This document shows positions 1-8,748 of a stretch of 64,000 bases of DNA, piece by piece. Where the stretch lies: IMG/VR virus record IMGVR_UViG_3300050132_000038, positions 62,001 through 126,000 of that record; one strand, 5' to 3'. The notes under the pieces were generated by a model. That model ran no database searches, was not told where the DNA came from, and saw only the letters and a program-made list of their open reading frames with translations. Position numbers and translations under genes: made by a program. How positions within the stretch are numbered: position 1 is the stretch's first letter; the number at the start of each line of letters is the position of its first letter.

Positions 1-9
1 CTATTTACA

Positions 10-417
10 TTAGTGCTGAATAGGAGTGGTCAGCGGAAGTGTTAATGTAATTGATTGACGGAAGACTGGACGCACATAAATGTCCTCACCACGTTCAAGC
101 ACACCATCGACGTGATAACCATTGCAGTACCACACGCCTCTAATCGGATCGCAGCTAACGTCTACAACACGAGGCCAGATCGTGCCTGCACTAGATTGCA
201 GTGGAAGATAACCAGGGACGTGATACAGGCCATCGGCAACAGGAGTTGCTGAGGAGTAACCGATAGTCTGTCCAAGGCTCGGCACACCAGAACCCATCGG
301 CACGTTAGCTACCAGGATGGATGGTGGATCGCCTGGAGGCATTCCACCATTGGTGAGTTCTTGTGCTTGCGCACTGAAGGCTACACCAAGCAGTGCTACT
401 AGTAAGAGTTGCTTCAT
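10..417 (-). CDS. Exported protein (Sec signal peptide, two Cys)
   Basis: N-terminus MKQLLLVALLGVAFSAQA is a classic signal peptide; mature part contains YHVPGY...IWPRVVDVSC...CNGY. Confidence 0.75.
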   Translation of the reverse strand: MKQLLLVALLGVAFSAQAQELTNGGMPPGDPPSILVANVPMGSGVPSLGQTIGYSSATPVADGLYHVPGYLPLQSSAGTIWPRVVDVSCDPIRGVWYCNGYHVDGVLERGEDIYVRPVFRQSITLTLPLTTPIQH

Positions 418-426
418 CGTTGCTCC

Positions 427-600
427 CTACTCCGTAGTTGAGTCCTTAGATGCATCGGCCTCTACACTAAGCTTGGCAACCAGTGCATCAACCTGATCCT
501 GCGTTGCGTGACCTTCTGCACGCGCTTCATCAGCCCGGTCCAGCCACTTTGCGTCTTCATTACCTCCGCTCGGGTCTTCATTACTATTATTTTCAGACAT
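427..600 (-). CDS. Small acidic hypothetical protein
   Basis: Packed ORF, start taken at MSENNS; no motif recognised. Confidence 0.6.
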   Translation of the reverse strand: MSENNSNEDPSGGNEDAKWLDRADEARAEGHATQDQVDALVAKLSVEADASKDSTTE

Positions 601-629
601 GATTAGTTCCTTTATGAGTTTATTCAAAA

Positions 630-1328
630 TTACTTGGTAACAGACTGCGCACGCATTTCCGCATTGGCTTTGATGATAGCGGCGTGTGCTTGAATTTCTT
701 CGGCGGTCTTCATCTGCGGCGTTACCGTCATCAGCACACCCTTCGAGTCCAACAAAGCGAGAGGGCGTTGAACAACGGCTGCTGCTACGGGTGCCGGAGT
801 AACGACCGAGCCAGGAGCAACTGCTTGGCCGGTATCAGGATCAATTAGAGGACGACCGGCTGCAACCCACTCGGCCTTCGTCATTGGGCAACCACGGCGA
901 ATGGTGGCCCCATCTTTGCGACGATCAATAACACCACCCGACACAGAGATCGAATAGCGAATGTCGTCATTGGTACAGAGAAGGGCCATTGCTGCGGAGT
1001 GCTCGCCCATGTTCCATTCTTCACGCGCGTTCTTCAACATCGTGCAATTGGAATCTGTCCAGGTCGAACCAAGGGCTACACCGAACGACATACCGGTCGC
1101 ACCCATCGACGAACTACCCATACACGTATCATTTGAAGAGGTGAGCGAGGGAGCGAATGCCGAGGAGGTTGCGTAGCGAACGGTACTATCAGAAACAGGG
1201 GCGAACAACAGGGAACCACCTTGTGCTGCACTCTGCGTACTTGCATTCGATGCCGTGCTTGCAGTCTGTGCAAAGGCTACAGCTGACGATAGAGAAAGTA
1301 CAGTTGCTACTAGGAGCTTCTTATTCAT
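630..1328 (-). CDS. Exported Cys-containing protein
   Basis: Signal peptide MNKKLLVATVLSLSSAVAFA; core TCMGSSSMG...DSNCTMLKNAREEWNMG...ALLC. Confidence 0.75.
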   Translation of the reverse strand: MNKKLLVATVLSLSSAVAFAQTASTASNASTQSAAQGGSLLFAPVSDSTVRYATSSAFAPSLTSSNDTCMGSSSMGATGMSFGVALGSTWTDSNCTMLKNAREEWNMGEHSAAMALLCTNDDIRYSISVSGGVIDRRKDGATIRRGCPMTKAEWVAAGRPLIDPDTGQAVAPGSVVTPAPVAAAVVQRPLALLDSKGVLMTVTPQMKTAEEIQAHAAIIKANAEMRAQSVTK

Positions 1329-1362
1329 GTTTTCGTCCAATTAAGGAGGGCAAATGTGAAAA

Positions 1363-1396
1363 GAGGTGGATAGGGAACTTAATCCCTATCCACCTC
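1363..1396 (-). terminator. Rho-independent terminator after 1432..2175
   Basis: 14-bp inverted repeat gaggtggataggga/tccctatccacctc followed by TTTT on the - strand. Confidence 0.8.
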
Positions 1397-1431
1397 AGTC
1401 TAGCTAGATGTTACGTGTGAAGCTTTGTTGA

Positions 1432-2175
1432 TTACGGGTTGTTGCTGACTGGGTTGTTGATAAGCGTTGCGCCTGCGCCTTCACCCGTCGTGATAGCACC
1501 GCCGAAGTTGAAACCACCATTCGTGTTAACAGTGATGGTGCTCGGATCGCTAAGAGCTGTACTACCAACCGTCAATCCCGAACCTTGGGTGGTAGCCGTT
1601 GCGCCCCAGGCGTCGCCCGTCAGCGTCGACGTAATATCCGTGGTGGACGTCGAACCGGTGGTCTTGTTTACGCTAGAGCTATTCGTGGACGAGAGGCTCG
1701 TGGTGTAGCTACCACCCTCAGCTGAACCAACAGCCCCACCTTGGTTTCTACCAGCAACAATGTTATTGCCACTGACCAGCGTAATATTACCGGAGCTGCT
1801 ACCGCCGTTTACTGTGGTATTCTCACTGGTGTTGGCGTCAGCCGAACCAGTCGAGACTGCGCTACCCGTGCCTGCGCCCGAGCTGAGGTTCCAGCCGTAT
1901 GCGCTACCGCTATTAGCAATAGTACCGGAGGTGGTTGCTACGCCGCTCTTGCTGATACCTGCCGTCGAGGTAACTGCAGAACTTTCGCTATTGAAAGCTT
2001 GAGACTCGCTCGATCCACCATTGAAAGAACTAAAGCTACCGCTAATCGTGTTAGCAACTCCTGCGCCACCACCAGTACTGGCCGAGACACCAGCAGGAAT
2101 AGTCGAAGGGCTACCTGCAAAAGCCGAAGCTGCGAACATTGCGGAAATAGCTGCGGCGATAATGATCTTGTTCAT
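1432..2175 (-). CDS. Exported Ser/Thr/Gly/Asn-rich low-complexity protein
   Basis: Signal peptide MNKIIIAAAISAMFAASAFA; mature chain has no Cys and very few charged residues. Confidence 0.8.
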   Translation of the reverse strand: MNKIIIAAAISAMFAASAFAGSPSTIPAGVSASTGGGAGVANTISGSFSSFNGGSSESQAFNSESSAVTSTAGISKSGVATTSGTIANSGSAYGWNLSSGAGTGSAVSTGSADANTSENTTVNGGSSSGNITLVSGNNIVAGRNQGGAVGSAEGGSYTTSLSSTNSSSVNKTTGSTSTTDITSTLTGDAWGATATTQGSGLTVGSTALSDPSTITVNTNGGFNFGGAITTGEGAGATLINNPVSNNP

Positions 2176-2325
2176 GTGTGTGATATTCCAAATTGGATTT
2201 TGAATGAAGGTTTGTTTTCTCTACAGCTTACTGCGATCTATACTACGGGTGCTGCTAATCAGTGAAGCTATAGAGTCAAAAGATCTTAATCATTACTTTT
2301 CTATTTGTTGGAATTCGTTACTTGT

Positions 2326-2333
2326 TATTTACA
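2326..2333 (-). promoter_or_regulatory. TGTAAATA putative late promoter upstream of the exported-protein operon
   Basis: Exact motif in intergenic DNA on the coding strand. Confidence 0.6.
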
Positions 2334-2347
2334 GCAGTGAAAAACTT

Positions 2348-2422
2348 TGGCAGGGGAGGAAGGGATCGAACCTTCGCGTGCTAGTGTCAAAGACTAGTGC
2401 CGTACCACTTGGCTACTCCCCT
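2348..2422 (-). tRNA. tRNA-Gln (anticodon TTG)
   Basis: Cloverleaf: AGGGGAG/CTCCCCT acceptor, GCC/GGC D stem, CTAGT-CT TTG AC-ACTAG anticodon arm, GAAGG TTCGATC CCTTC T arm, encoded CCA. Confidence 0.95.
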
Positions 2423-2435
2423 ACTTCATACTCTT

Positions 2436-2443
2436 TATTTACA
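2436..2443 (-). promoter_or_regulatory. TGTAAATA motif directly upstream of tRNA-Gln
   Basis: Exact motif 13 nt before tRNA position 1 and right after the stop of 2444..2704. Confidence 0.65.
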
Positions 2444-2704
2444 CTAGTACGAACAGCGACTAGCAATGGTCTTGCCATTCTCGTTCATAACGTAGGCGTT
2501 ACCTACTAGTGGATAGGGCATCTCGGAACCATCACGGCGTTTGATAAGTGCCACTACCTTGCAGGTGTACTCACGATATGTTTCAGACTCACCTGTACGA
2601 AGGAACTGCAATACTTCGTCATCGGTGATCTGGACGAGGGTGAAATCCTTGGCTGGATCGTCGTCAGGCATATCTTGTTCTGACATTAACTTCAATGTAA
2701 GCAT
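2444..2704 (-). CDS. Hypothetical protein
   Basis: Packed ORF with RBS; no motif recognised. Confidence 0.7.
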   Translation of the reverse strand: MLTLKLMSEQDMPDDDPAKDFTLVQITDDEVLQFLRTGESETYREYTCKVVALIKRRDGSEMPYPLVGNAYVMNENGKTIASRCSY

Positions 2705-2757
2705 TTTCCTACTCCTAGTAATTGAGCATCTCTGCTCATTGATAAACCTTGCACTCT

Positions 2758-2859
2758 TTAGTTACAGTGTATACCCGATACTATGTCGAACAGCACTATG
2801 CCAACCATTGCTACGAATAGAATAGCCTCTAGCCAGCTACCACCATCAGAATCACGCAT
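2758..2859 (-). CDS. 33-aa membrane peptide (not in ORF track)
   Basis: MRDSDGGSWLEAILFVAMVGIVLFDIVSGIHCN preceded by AAGGAATAAGG. Confidence 0.55.
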   Translation of the reverse strand: MRDSDGGSWLEAILFVAMVGIVLFDIVSGIHCN

Positions 2860-2908
2860 CCTTATTCCTTATTTGAAGGTCTAGCAAAAGTAGGAATCTA
2901 CTCTTTAT

Positions 2909-3310
2909 TTACAGTTGAGCCTCAGAAAACTTTTTACGGAACTCCAGGGGCTTCGAGATACCCAGGAACGGCTCTTGGGGATTACCAGCACCTGCCACAA
3001 CCACCGAACCGTAATTCAAGATGCGACCCATGAAGGTTTGATCCACGCGAATCGTTTCAACTTTTGACAACGGGATCTCGATCACTCTACGACTGATAAA
3101 ACCTTTCTTCGACACCAACCGCTTGTTTGTAATCACCAACTCAGTTGTGGCAAAGTTGCAGAACACCAGCAATAGCAAGATCAAGCCGATACCAAACACT
3201 GGAATAAGGATGATGCCGAGGACGATCATCCAGAAGGAATTCCACAAACTAAGTGATGCGGTGTAGACAACGTGCTCGCCTTGCGTGAGTGTCTTTTCAG
3301 TGTACGTCAT
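2909..3310 (-). CDS. Membrane protein with bacterial PH domain (YdbS/bPH_2-like)
   Basis: TM hairpin followed by ELVITNKRLVSKKGFISRRVIEIPLSKVETIRVDQTFMGRILNYGSVVV. Confidence 0.8.
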   Translation of the reverse strand: MTYTEKTLTQGEHVVYTASLSLWNSFWMIVLGIILIPVFGIGLILLLLVFCNFATTELVITNKRLVSKKGFISRRVIEIPLSKVETIRVDQTFMGRILNYGSVVVAGAGNPQEPFLGISKPLEFRKKFSEAQL

Positions 3311-3319
3311 GTTCTTTAT

Positions 3320-3610
3320 TTACAGGGGGTAATCAGGTGCAGCTGCAAGTATGGCACGGTAAGCAGCTTCCATACTACTGTATCGTCCAGTATGTTCCGC
3401 CTGTTCACAGTGAACACCTGCGATAACCATCTTGTCTGTAGGCTCCAGAGGTACCAACTTCCATCCGGCTAACAGAGCTTGATGCGCACGCCAGAATCGC
3501 TGCAGCACGGCACGTTCAGTAGGACAACCGTCGGCTTCTTTACATACACTGTCGGCACTCTCTGCATCACACGATACACAAGCCTTCGGGAACTCGACAA
3601 CATTGCTCAT
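3320..3610 (-). CDS. Hypothetical phage protein
   Basis: WKLVPLEPTDKMVIAG...AYRAILAAAP phage-type C-terminus. Confidence 0.7.
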   Translation of the reverse strand: MSNVVEFPKACVSCDAESADSVCKEADGCPTERAVLQRFWRAHQALLAGWKLVPLEPTDKMVIAGVHCEQAEHTGRYSSMEAAYRAILAAAPDYPL

Positions 3611-3645
3611 CTTACGTCCTTGTTGGTAATACGCATACAGGTTAT

Positions 3646-3867
3646 TTACAGTAGGTTTCCGTTTTCATCGTAGGTGGCGACTATGCCGCGGGTATCCCAC
3701 TTTATCTTTGCTTGCTGATCCCTAGCTACTTGGTGTTTGACGTGATCTTCAGCGTCACCCCTATAGAAGAACGGTTTACTGCAGGTACACCAGAAGAAGA
3801 ACTCGCGTCGCTGTACTACATGATACCCGTCTGCTCTACGCTTAATTCGATACTTTGGTTTGTTCAT
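3646..3867 (-). CDS. Hypothetical protein
   Basis: Start taken at MNKPKY; no motif recognised. Confidence 0.6.
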   Translation of the reverse strand: MNKPKYRIKRRADGYHVVQRREFFFWCTCSKPFFYRGDAEDHVKHQVARDQQAKIKWDTRGIVATYDENGNLL

Positions 3868-4153
3868 AGTTTGCGGTGATTGGACATACGTGGAGAGGGC
3901 ACACAATACGCAGCCACGACTTCTCAATCTTATACTCGAAGGTTGAACTCTCGTTGAATAACTCGTGCTCCTGCCCACTTGCATGAAGCATCCGCATACT
4001 ATTTACAGTGAGTGCAAGTGTCTCAGGGGTGTGCGGTTGAGTAGATAATTCATACAGCACTTCCTTCACCGTTGGGTTCGAGTCAAACCTCAACGTGAAG
4101 TGCTGGGTGCGTACTGGCGTTACCATCACCACATAGTATACATGCTGCTCCAT
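3842..4153 (-). CDS. Hypothetical protein
   Basis: Packed ORF on local coding strand. Confidence 0.6.
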   Translation of the reverse strand: MEQHVYYVVMVTPVRTQHFTLRFDSNPTVKEVLYELSTQPHTPETLALTVNSMRMLHASGQEHELFNESSTFEYKIEKSWLRIVCPLHVCPITANYEQTKVSN

Positions 4154-4188
4154 TTTCGACTCCTCAGAATCCGAAGAGCCGAAGCTCC

Positions 4189-4506
4189 TCAGTAATGAAC
4201 AGTAGGGAGTGAATAGCGGATCTTCCAGGTCGGCCTACATCTTTCAAACTCCCAGATGTTTAACGGCTTTCCTATAGCGCTCTCGTTGCCCACCCACTCC
4301 CTAACCTTACGCGCACAGTGCGCTCTACTTTGAGACTTGAATGTTGAAACCCGCAAGAGTTCCAGAACTGTTATTGCTTCATCGGTATTACAAGCACGTA
4401 CAATCTTAAGGTACTGCTCAAGTGTGAGATCAACCTGGGCAGCGAACAGTGCTTGTCGTTCTCTCAATACACTAACAATATCAACACCCTCAATAGCGGC
4501 ATACAT
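4189..4506 (-). CDS. Hypothetical protein
   Basis: ORF with RBS AGGAGG. Confidence 0.7.
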   Translation of the reverse strand: MYAAIEGVDIVSVLRERQALFAAQVDLTLEQYLKIVRACNTDEAITVLELLRVSTFKSQSRAHCARKVREWVGNESAIGKPLNIWEFERCRPTWKIRYSLPTVHY

Positions 4507-4564
4507 AGCGATCCTCCTGTGTTACTGGGAAGGGCTTGTACCGATGACCTACAGTTCTGTTTTT

Positions 4565-5524
4565 TTATACTAACTCTGTGCGGAGCTTCTCGAACAGGTT
4601 TTGAACTTGCGTCTCAGTAAAGCTAAAGTATTTTGAAGCCTTGCGTAAGTATCGTGGATAGGAAATCTCCTCTATCAAACTTGAGTTATCGACCTCTAAG
4701 TAATCCGAAAACCCTTCGTCGTGGTGCCCTGCACAACACATTAAAAATCGTTGAACGTCCTCACGCATACCCTTCTTCTCTGCCAGGGATACCAAGGTCT
4801 CCAACTTGTCTTTGAGGTCACGCTGCGGTTCATCGTCAACCGCTACGTGTGCCAGTGTGTCGTATGCAACATGGCGAGCTTCAAACAATCCCTCTGCCGT
4901 CTTTTGCAATCTATTGCGAGACGGTGCCGTGTAATACTGAATCTGATTCTGCCCGCAGTTGTGAATCGCAGACTTCGCTACGTTGGTTACGTGAAGCAGC
5001 GATTCAAAACGAGGATACGTTACATAGATGGCTCGCATCGCCCACGTGGTCATCTCTGTTTCCAGAAGCGACCGTTCAATGCCATAGGACCGAATCAGGA
5101 ACAGCAAACACTTTGAAATGTATTTACCAATGTACTGAGACATTGCCTGGCAGTTCAACGTGTCACCAACGATTGCGTCCAGGTCGTCAGGGGTCCACGC
5201 GTCAAACTTGATACTCAGGTGCTTCAGGTTCAGCTTCGATAGCAAACGATAATCGGAGGAGGCGATGCCATACGCTTTATACTTCGGTGCCTCTGTGTTG
5301 TAGTGCCGTGCTTTATGCACAGCCCACGCATACGTCTTGCAGTTCTTGAGAACGTAACCATCCTTGCGAATGGAGTGCAACACCTTATCTGAAATCTCAC
5401 GGTCGTCGATGAAGTGAACGAGTTGGATCTGAGTGATACGGTGAAACAGGTAGGCGAATACTGCACCGCCTACCTTGAGCACAGTCTTCTGATCTAGGTT
5501 CCAAAGTTTCGACAGTGAAGTCAT
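4565..5524 (-). CDS. Hypothetical protein, possibly a divergent sigma-factor-like protein
   Basis: 319-aa helical ORF; central segment loosely resembles sigma region 2 (function confidence low). Confidence 0.75.
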   Translation of the reverse strand: MTSLSKLWNLDQKTVLKVGGAVFAYLFHRITQIQLVHFIDDREISDKVLHSIRKDGYVLKNCKTYAWAVHKARHYNTEAPKYKAYGIASSDYRLLSKLNLKHLSIKFDAWTPDDLDAIVGDTLNCQAMSQYIGKYISKCLLFLIRSYGIERSLLETEMTTWAMRAIYVTYPRFESLLHVTNVAKSAIHNCGQNQIQYYTAPSRNRLQKTAEGLFEARHVAYDTLAHVAVDDEPQRDLKDKLETLVSLAEKKGMREDVQRFLMCCAGHHDEGFSDYLEVDNSSLIEEISYPRYLRKASKYFSFTETQVQNLFEKLRTELV

Positions 5525-5527
5525 GGC

Positions 5528-6205
5528 TTACCTCCCCTTGATAGTGAACTCAAGCGGATCAGTCTTGCGCCGCGTCTTCTTTTCTTCTTTGTTGTACCAG
5601 TCAGAGGGGACTGAGTCGATGCTCGGTGGTTCATAGTTATCGACGACCGATGCCTTCTTGATAATCTTGTTCTGTGGATCGAATATCAATCCAGCCTCAG
5701 TCAGCTCTGCTTTCTTTTTCTTCCACTCCGAGAACACCATAAGGTCTTCACTGGAAGTGAGAAACGATGTGAACCGTGATCCCCTGGTTTTCATACTGGG
5801 TGAACCAATCAACATCAGCTCACCACTGCTGGTATACCCTGCTGAATACGCTGCCAAGTAATTCGAGATGTAATCGCGACCAACACGGAAGAACAACTTG
5901 GTGCCAATCGGAAACTTCTTTTTCTTCTGACCACGAAACATGCCTAAGAGAATTCGACGCTGCTTGTGCGTCGTGCTTTGGAACAGTGCTGCGATTTGAA
6001 CAAACTGATCGGTGTTCGTTGCCAATGCCGTGATGTCAGGTGTGAAGCACTTTGGTGCTAAACCAACTGCTCGTACTCCTTCCGCTGAACAAACTGCCTC
6101 TCGGGTTGAATGAGCATGATGACGGAAATGGAGGCACTCGCCACAGCGAAACGCCTCATCCAAAGATTTAGCACTAGCTGTGCCGAGCACGTTCTTTTTC
6201 AACAT
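5528..6205 (-). CDS. Hypothetical protein with N-terminal Cys cluster
   Basis: CGECLHF...VC...KCF. Confidence 0.75.
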   Translation of the reverse strand: MLKKNVLGTASAKSLDEAFRCGECLHFRHHAHSTREAVCSAEGVRAVGLAPKCFTPDITALATNTDQFVQIAALFQSTTHKQRRILLGMFRGQKKKKFPIGTKLFFRVGRDYISNYLAAYSAGYTSSGELMLIGSPSMKTRGSRFTSFLTSSEDLMVFSEWKKKKAELTEAGLIFDPQNKIIKKASVVDNYEPPSIDSVPSDWYNKEEKKTRRKTDPLEFTIKGR

Positions 6206-6306
6206 ATTGGGATAGGGTTTTCTATAATTCTAGTTGATGGAAATTTCGTTATTCCGTCAGTAGCGTGAGTCCGTTCACGCTAGGTTCTCCGTTGTGCCGA
6301 CACCTT

Positions 6307-6336
6307 ATTATCGCATGAAAATGGGGGTCATGTCAA
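6307..6336 (-). promoter_or_regulatory. Sigma70-like promoter
   Basis: TTGACA-18 nt-GATAAT with extended -10 TG. Confidence 0.7.
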
Positions 6337-6359
6337 TACCCCCACTTTTCGGGGTATTG
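6334..6359. terminator. Hairpin overlapping the -35 box
   Basis: caatacccc/ggggtattg 9-bp inverted repeat. Confidence 0.5.
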
Positions 6360-6366
6360 CACAGAA

Positions 6367-6531
6367 TTATTCAGTGATCTCGCCTTCTGGGTAGTGAATA
6401 GCTTCCCAGGCCATCATAGCATCAGTGATCTCGATGAACTCAGGATTCACCCAGGGATCCTCGTCCGTGTCCACAATAGCGTTGCCCTTAGCTGTGGCCT
6501 GCCTGTACTCTTCTTCAGTACTGATAATCAT
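6367..6531 (-). CDS. 54-aa hypothetical protein (not in ORF track)
   Basis: MIISTEEEYRQATAKGNAIVDTDEDPWVNPEFIEITDAMMAWEAIHYPEGEITE, preceded by GGAGG. Confidence 0.65.
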   Translation of the reverse strand: MIISTEEEYRQATAKGNAIVDTDEDPWVNPEFIEITDAMMAWEAIHYPEGEITE

Positions 6532-6809
6532 AAGACCTCCCTGGTATCTGTAAAATCCTTTGCGAGCAGGATCGGCTTGTCTAGTGCTTCGAGCATTCTA
6601 TGCAGAACTCTTTTAGCACCGTCATCCCCTGCATCTACGTCCCACACAATAGTGGCCGGGCGCGTACTGTACGACTGTGGAACATCATTATAGTAAGAGA
6701 CTTCGTGTACTGCTCTCCAAGTCTCTTTCTCGCCCCCAACTAAGGCAGTGCTCTCCACTACGCGATAATTCCAACTACTCTTGGGTTCGGTCGTATCAAT
6801 GATCGTCAT
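6528..6809 (-). CDS. Hypothetical phage protein
   Basis: WNYRVV...AVHEVSYY...LHRMLEALDKPIL phage-type motif. Confidence 0.7.
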   Translation of the reverse strand: MTIIDTTEPKSSWNYRVVESTALVGGEKETWRAVHEVSYYNDVPQSYSTRPATIVWDVDAGDDGAKRVLHRMLEALDKPILLAKDFTDTREVL

Positions 6810-6824
6810 TCAGGCCCCTAGTGG

Positions 6825-7151
6825 TTAGCGAACGATTGCAATGCCTGAGGTGTTCTCGAGGTAGATGTCTTCCAGCTGCTTGGGTACCGGACGCATGAGA
6901 ATGTACATCTCCGTGTCAAAGTCGATCTCGTCTAGTGCAGGGAATACACCGAGCGTTAGGTAAGGCATCATCGAGATTGACAGTTGACCTTGTTGACCCG
7001 TGCCTTGAACAATCAATGACATTGGCTTCTTGAGGGTTGCATACAGCATATCGTTTACTACTAGGCGCCCCAGTACGGTACTACCATTAGTAAGGTGAAT
7101 GGCAACTACGTCGTTGAGTTTCGGCTGGTGGGTGTTATTGATTTCAGTCAT
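6825..7151 (-). CDS. Hypothetical protein, Sm-like fold suspected
   Basis: VVAIHLTNGSTVLGRL...LKKPMSL...SMMPYL pattern. Confidence 0.7.
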   Translation of the reverse strand: MTEINNTHQPKLNDVVAIHLTNGSTVLGRLVVNDMLYATLKKPMSLIVQGTGQQGQLSISMMPYLTLGVFPALDEIDFDTEMYILMRPVPKQLEDIYLENTSGIAIVR

Positions 7152-7155
7152 TGTG

Positions 7156-7611
7156 TTACTCCTGGGAACAGTGTTTGTTGTAGAGGGTATCGATAGCGAA
7201 GCTCACAATCGCTTCTCTGCTCTTAAGTTGTGGGTAGATCTTTTTCAGGTAATCCAGCTTGCTTTGTAGTTCTCGGTCTAGTGTTAGGAGCACCGAGGTA
7301 GTCTTATTCGGATCTCCCTTTACTAACTCGAAGGCATTGAACACGCGGGTCGCTAACCAGAGCAACTTCTTAGTGTGCTCACTAGACTCTCCTGCTAGTA
7401 AATCAAAGTACGGCTTCTTTGAAGAAAGCCGATTTGCAATCTTATGCAGCTTCGCATGATGGGAGTCGCACAGGCTCACTAACGGCCCATCTGTACCACC
7501 CGCCTTCCTCGGGATTATGTGGTGTTCCTCTCGGAGGCAGGGGCCAGGAGGAACTGAATCTACGAAGCGTCTCTCGCAGACCCAGCAATACGGCAATGTG
7601 ATACTTTCCAT
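7156..7611 (-). CDS. HNH endonuclease-family protein
   Basis: CWVC...EEHHIIPRKAGGTD...VSLCDSHHAKLH zinc-HNH motif. Confidence 0.75.
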   Translation of the reverse strand: MESITLPYCWVCERRFVDSVPPGPCLREEHHIIPRKAGGTDGPLVSLCDSHHAKLHKIANRLSSKKPYFDLLAGESSEHTKKLLWLATRVFNAFELVKGDPNKTTSVLLTLDRELQSKLDYLKKIYPQLKSREAIVSFAIDTLYNKHCSQE

Positions 7612-7654
7612 TTGGAATTGTCCAGCTAGAAAACGGTTTCAGTGCCGCTGTGTA

Positions 7655-7924
7655 TCATTCCATTACTACATGCACACCGGCTTGCGCCAAGATGTTGCGG
7701 AGAACCGTGATTGAGATGTCAGCGGTGGTTTTGCGACCACCCAAGAATTCTTGAACCTCCATCGTGTACTTATCTGCATCTTCGTGATCGCTAGGGTACG
7801 CGCTGACGCCGATAGCTGCACCGTTTACGAACAGATACACGATAGGCTTGGCGTCCTTCTTGGCTTCATGCTGTTCGACCTTACCCGAACCCCAAGGGGT
7901 TGCCCACTCTTTATTCATGTTCAT
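7655..7924 (-). CDS. Hypothetical protein
   Basis: Packed ORF with RBS. Confidence 0.65.
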   Translation of the reverse strand: MNMNKEWATPWGSGKVEQHEAKKDAKPIVYLFVNGAAIGVSAYPSDHEDADKYTMEVQEFLGGRKTTADISITVLRNILAQAGVHVVME

Positions 7925-7932
7925 TCCTTAAC

Positions 7933-8433
7933 TTAAACAAGGGTTGCCATTTGGGACACGTAGAAATCAGTGTCGGGTACGTATTCAAAATTCTGAGACA
8001 TTACGAACTCAGCGTCGAACACTAGAGGCATTCGATTGGCGTACAACACATCCGACACACTGTTAAGAAAGCCTCGGAAGTGTTTAGCCTTCGGTGGCAT
8101 GTATCGCTTCAATACTAAGAAGGGGTGGTAGTAATCACCGTAGAACAGTGACGGGGCATTCTCCCGTACCACCTGACACCGCTTACTCAATTCCGAACTA
8201 ACTAAGGGAAGTAGTAGGGACGATGACTGGGTAGACGAGTCATACCAGATGTTCATCGAACCAGCTTCTGCAATGTACACGTTTGAAGCTTCGGCCTGCA
8301 TGTTACCTAGCGAACTGTTGACTTCCACGTACGCCTGACTAAGATCAAGCTCGAAGGGACACGCGCTGAATATCTGCCGGAGGTAATTCAGTGTCCCTTC
8401 ATCCGGCAACACAAGCAATTGATTAACTAGCAT
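7933..8433 (-). CDS. Hypothetical protein
   Basis: Packed ORF with RBS AGGAG. Confidence 0.7.
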   Translation of the reverse strand: MLVNQLLVLPDEGTLNYLRQIFSACPFELDLSQAYVEVNSSLGNMQAEASNVYIAEAGSMNIWYDSSTQSSSLLLPLVSSELSKRCQVVRENAPSLFYGDYYHPFLVLKRYMPPKAKHFRGFLNSVSDVLYANRMPLVFDAEFVMSQNFEYVPDTDFYVSQMATLV

Positions 8434-8441
8434 TACTACTC

Positions 8442-8747
8442 CTAGAGTCTACTAACCATAGTAAGTTTGTAGTGGCGAATTGCACCGTACAAGATACCTG
8501 ATTCAAATCCTTGTCTGTTAGCGAATGGTGCTTCTAGTTTCTTTGTAAGCGAGTCTGCGTATTCTGCGTACAGCTCTACTAGACCCGAGGAACTAAGCTT
8601 AGACGCACAGCTATACCCTGCTAGAAAGCCTGCCCTGAATTCATTCTTGCACCTACCGAAGATACGACAGGTGTACGGGTATCCATACTGCTGGAGATAC
8701 CGGGATAATGCCTCTTCTGGCGTGGGTTCTTTCTTAGTAAATTCCAT
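8442..8747 (-). CDS. Hypothetical protein
   Basis: Start taken at MEFTKK. Confidence 0.6.
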   Translation of the reverse strand: MEFTKKEPTPEEALSRYLQQYGYPYTCRIFGRCKNEFRAGFLAGYSCASKLSSSGLVELYAEYADSLTKKLEAPFANRQGFESGILYGAIRHYKLTMVSRL

Positions 8748-8748
8748 G

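Noticed and set aside
7933-8433. Possible 2H phosphodiesterase (Acb1/T4 57B-like)
   Set aside because: Size and a YHPFLVL segment are suggestive, but neither HxT/S catalytic motif is present; cannot be supported without a structure search
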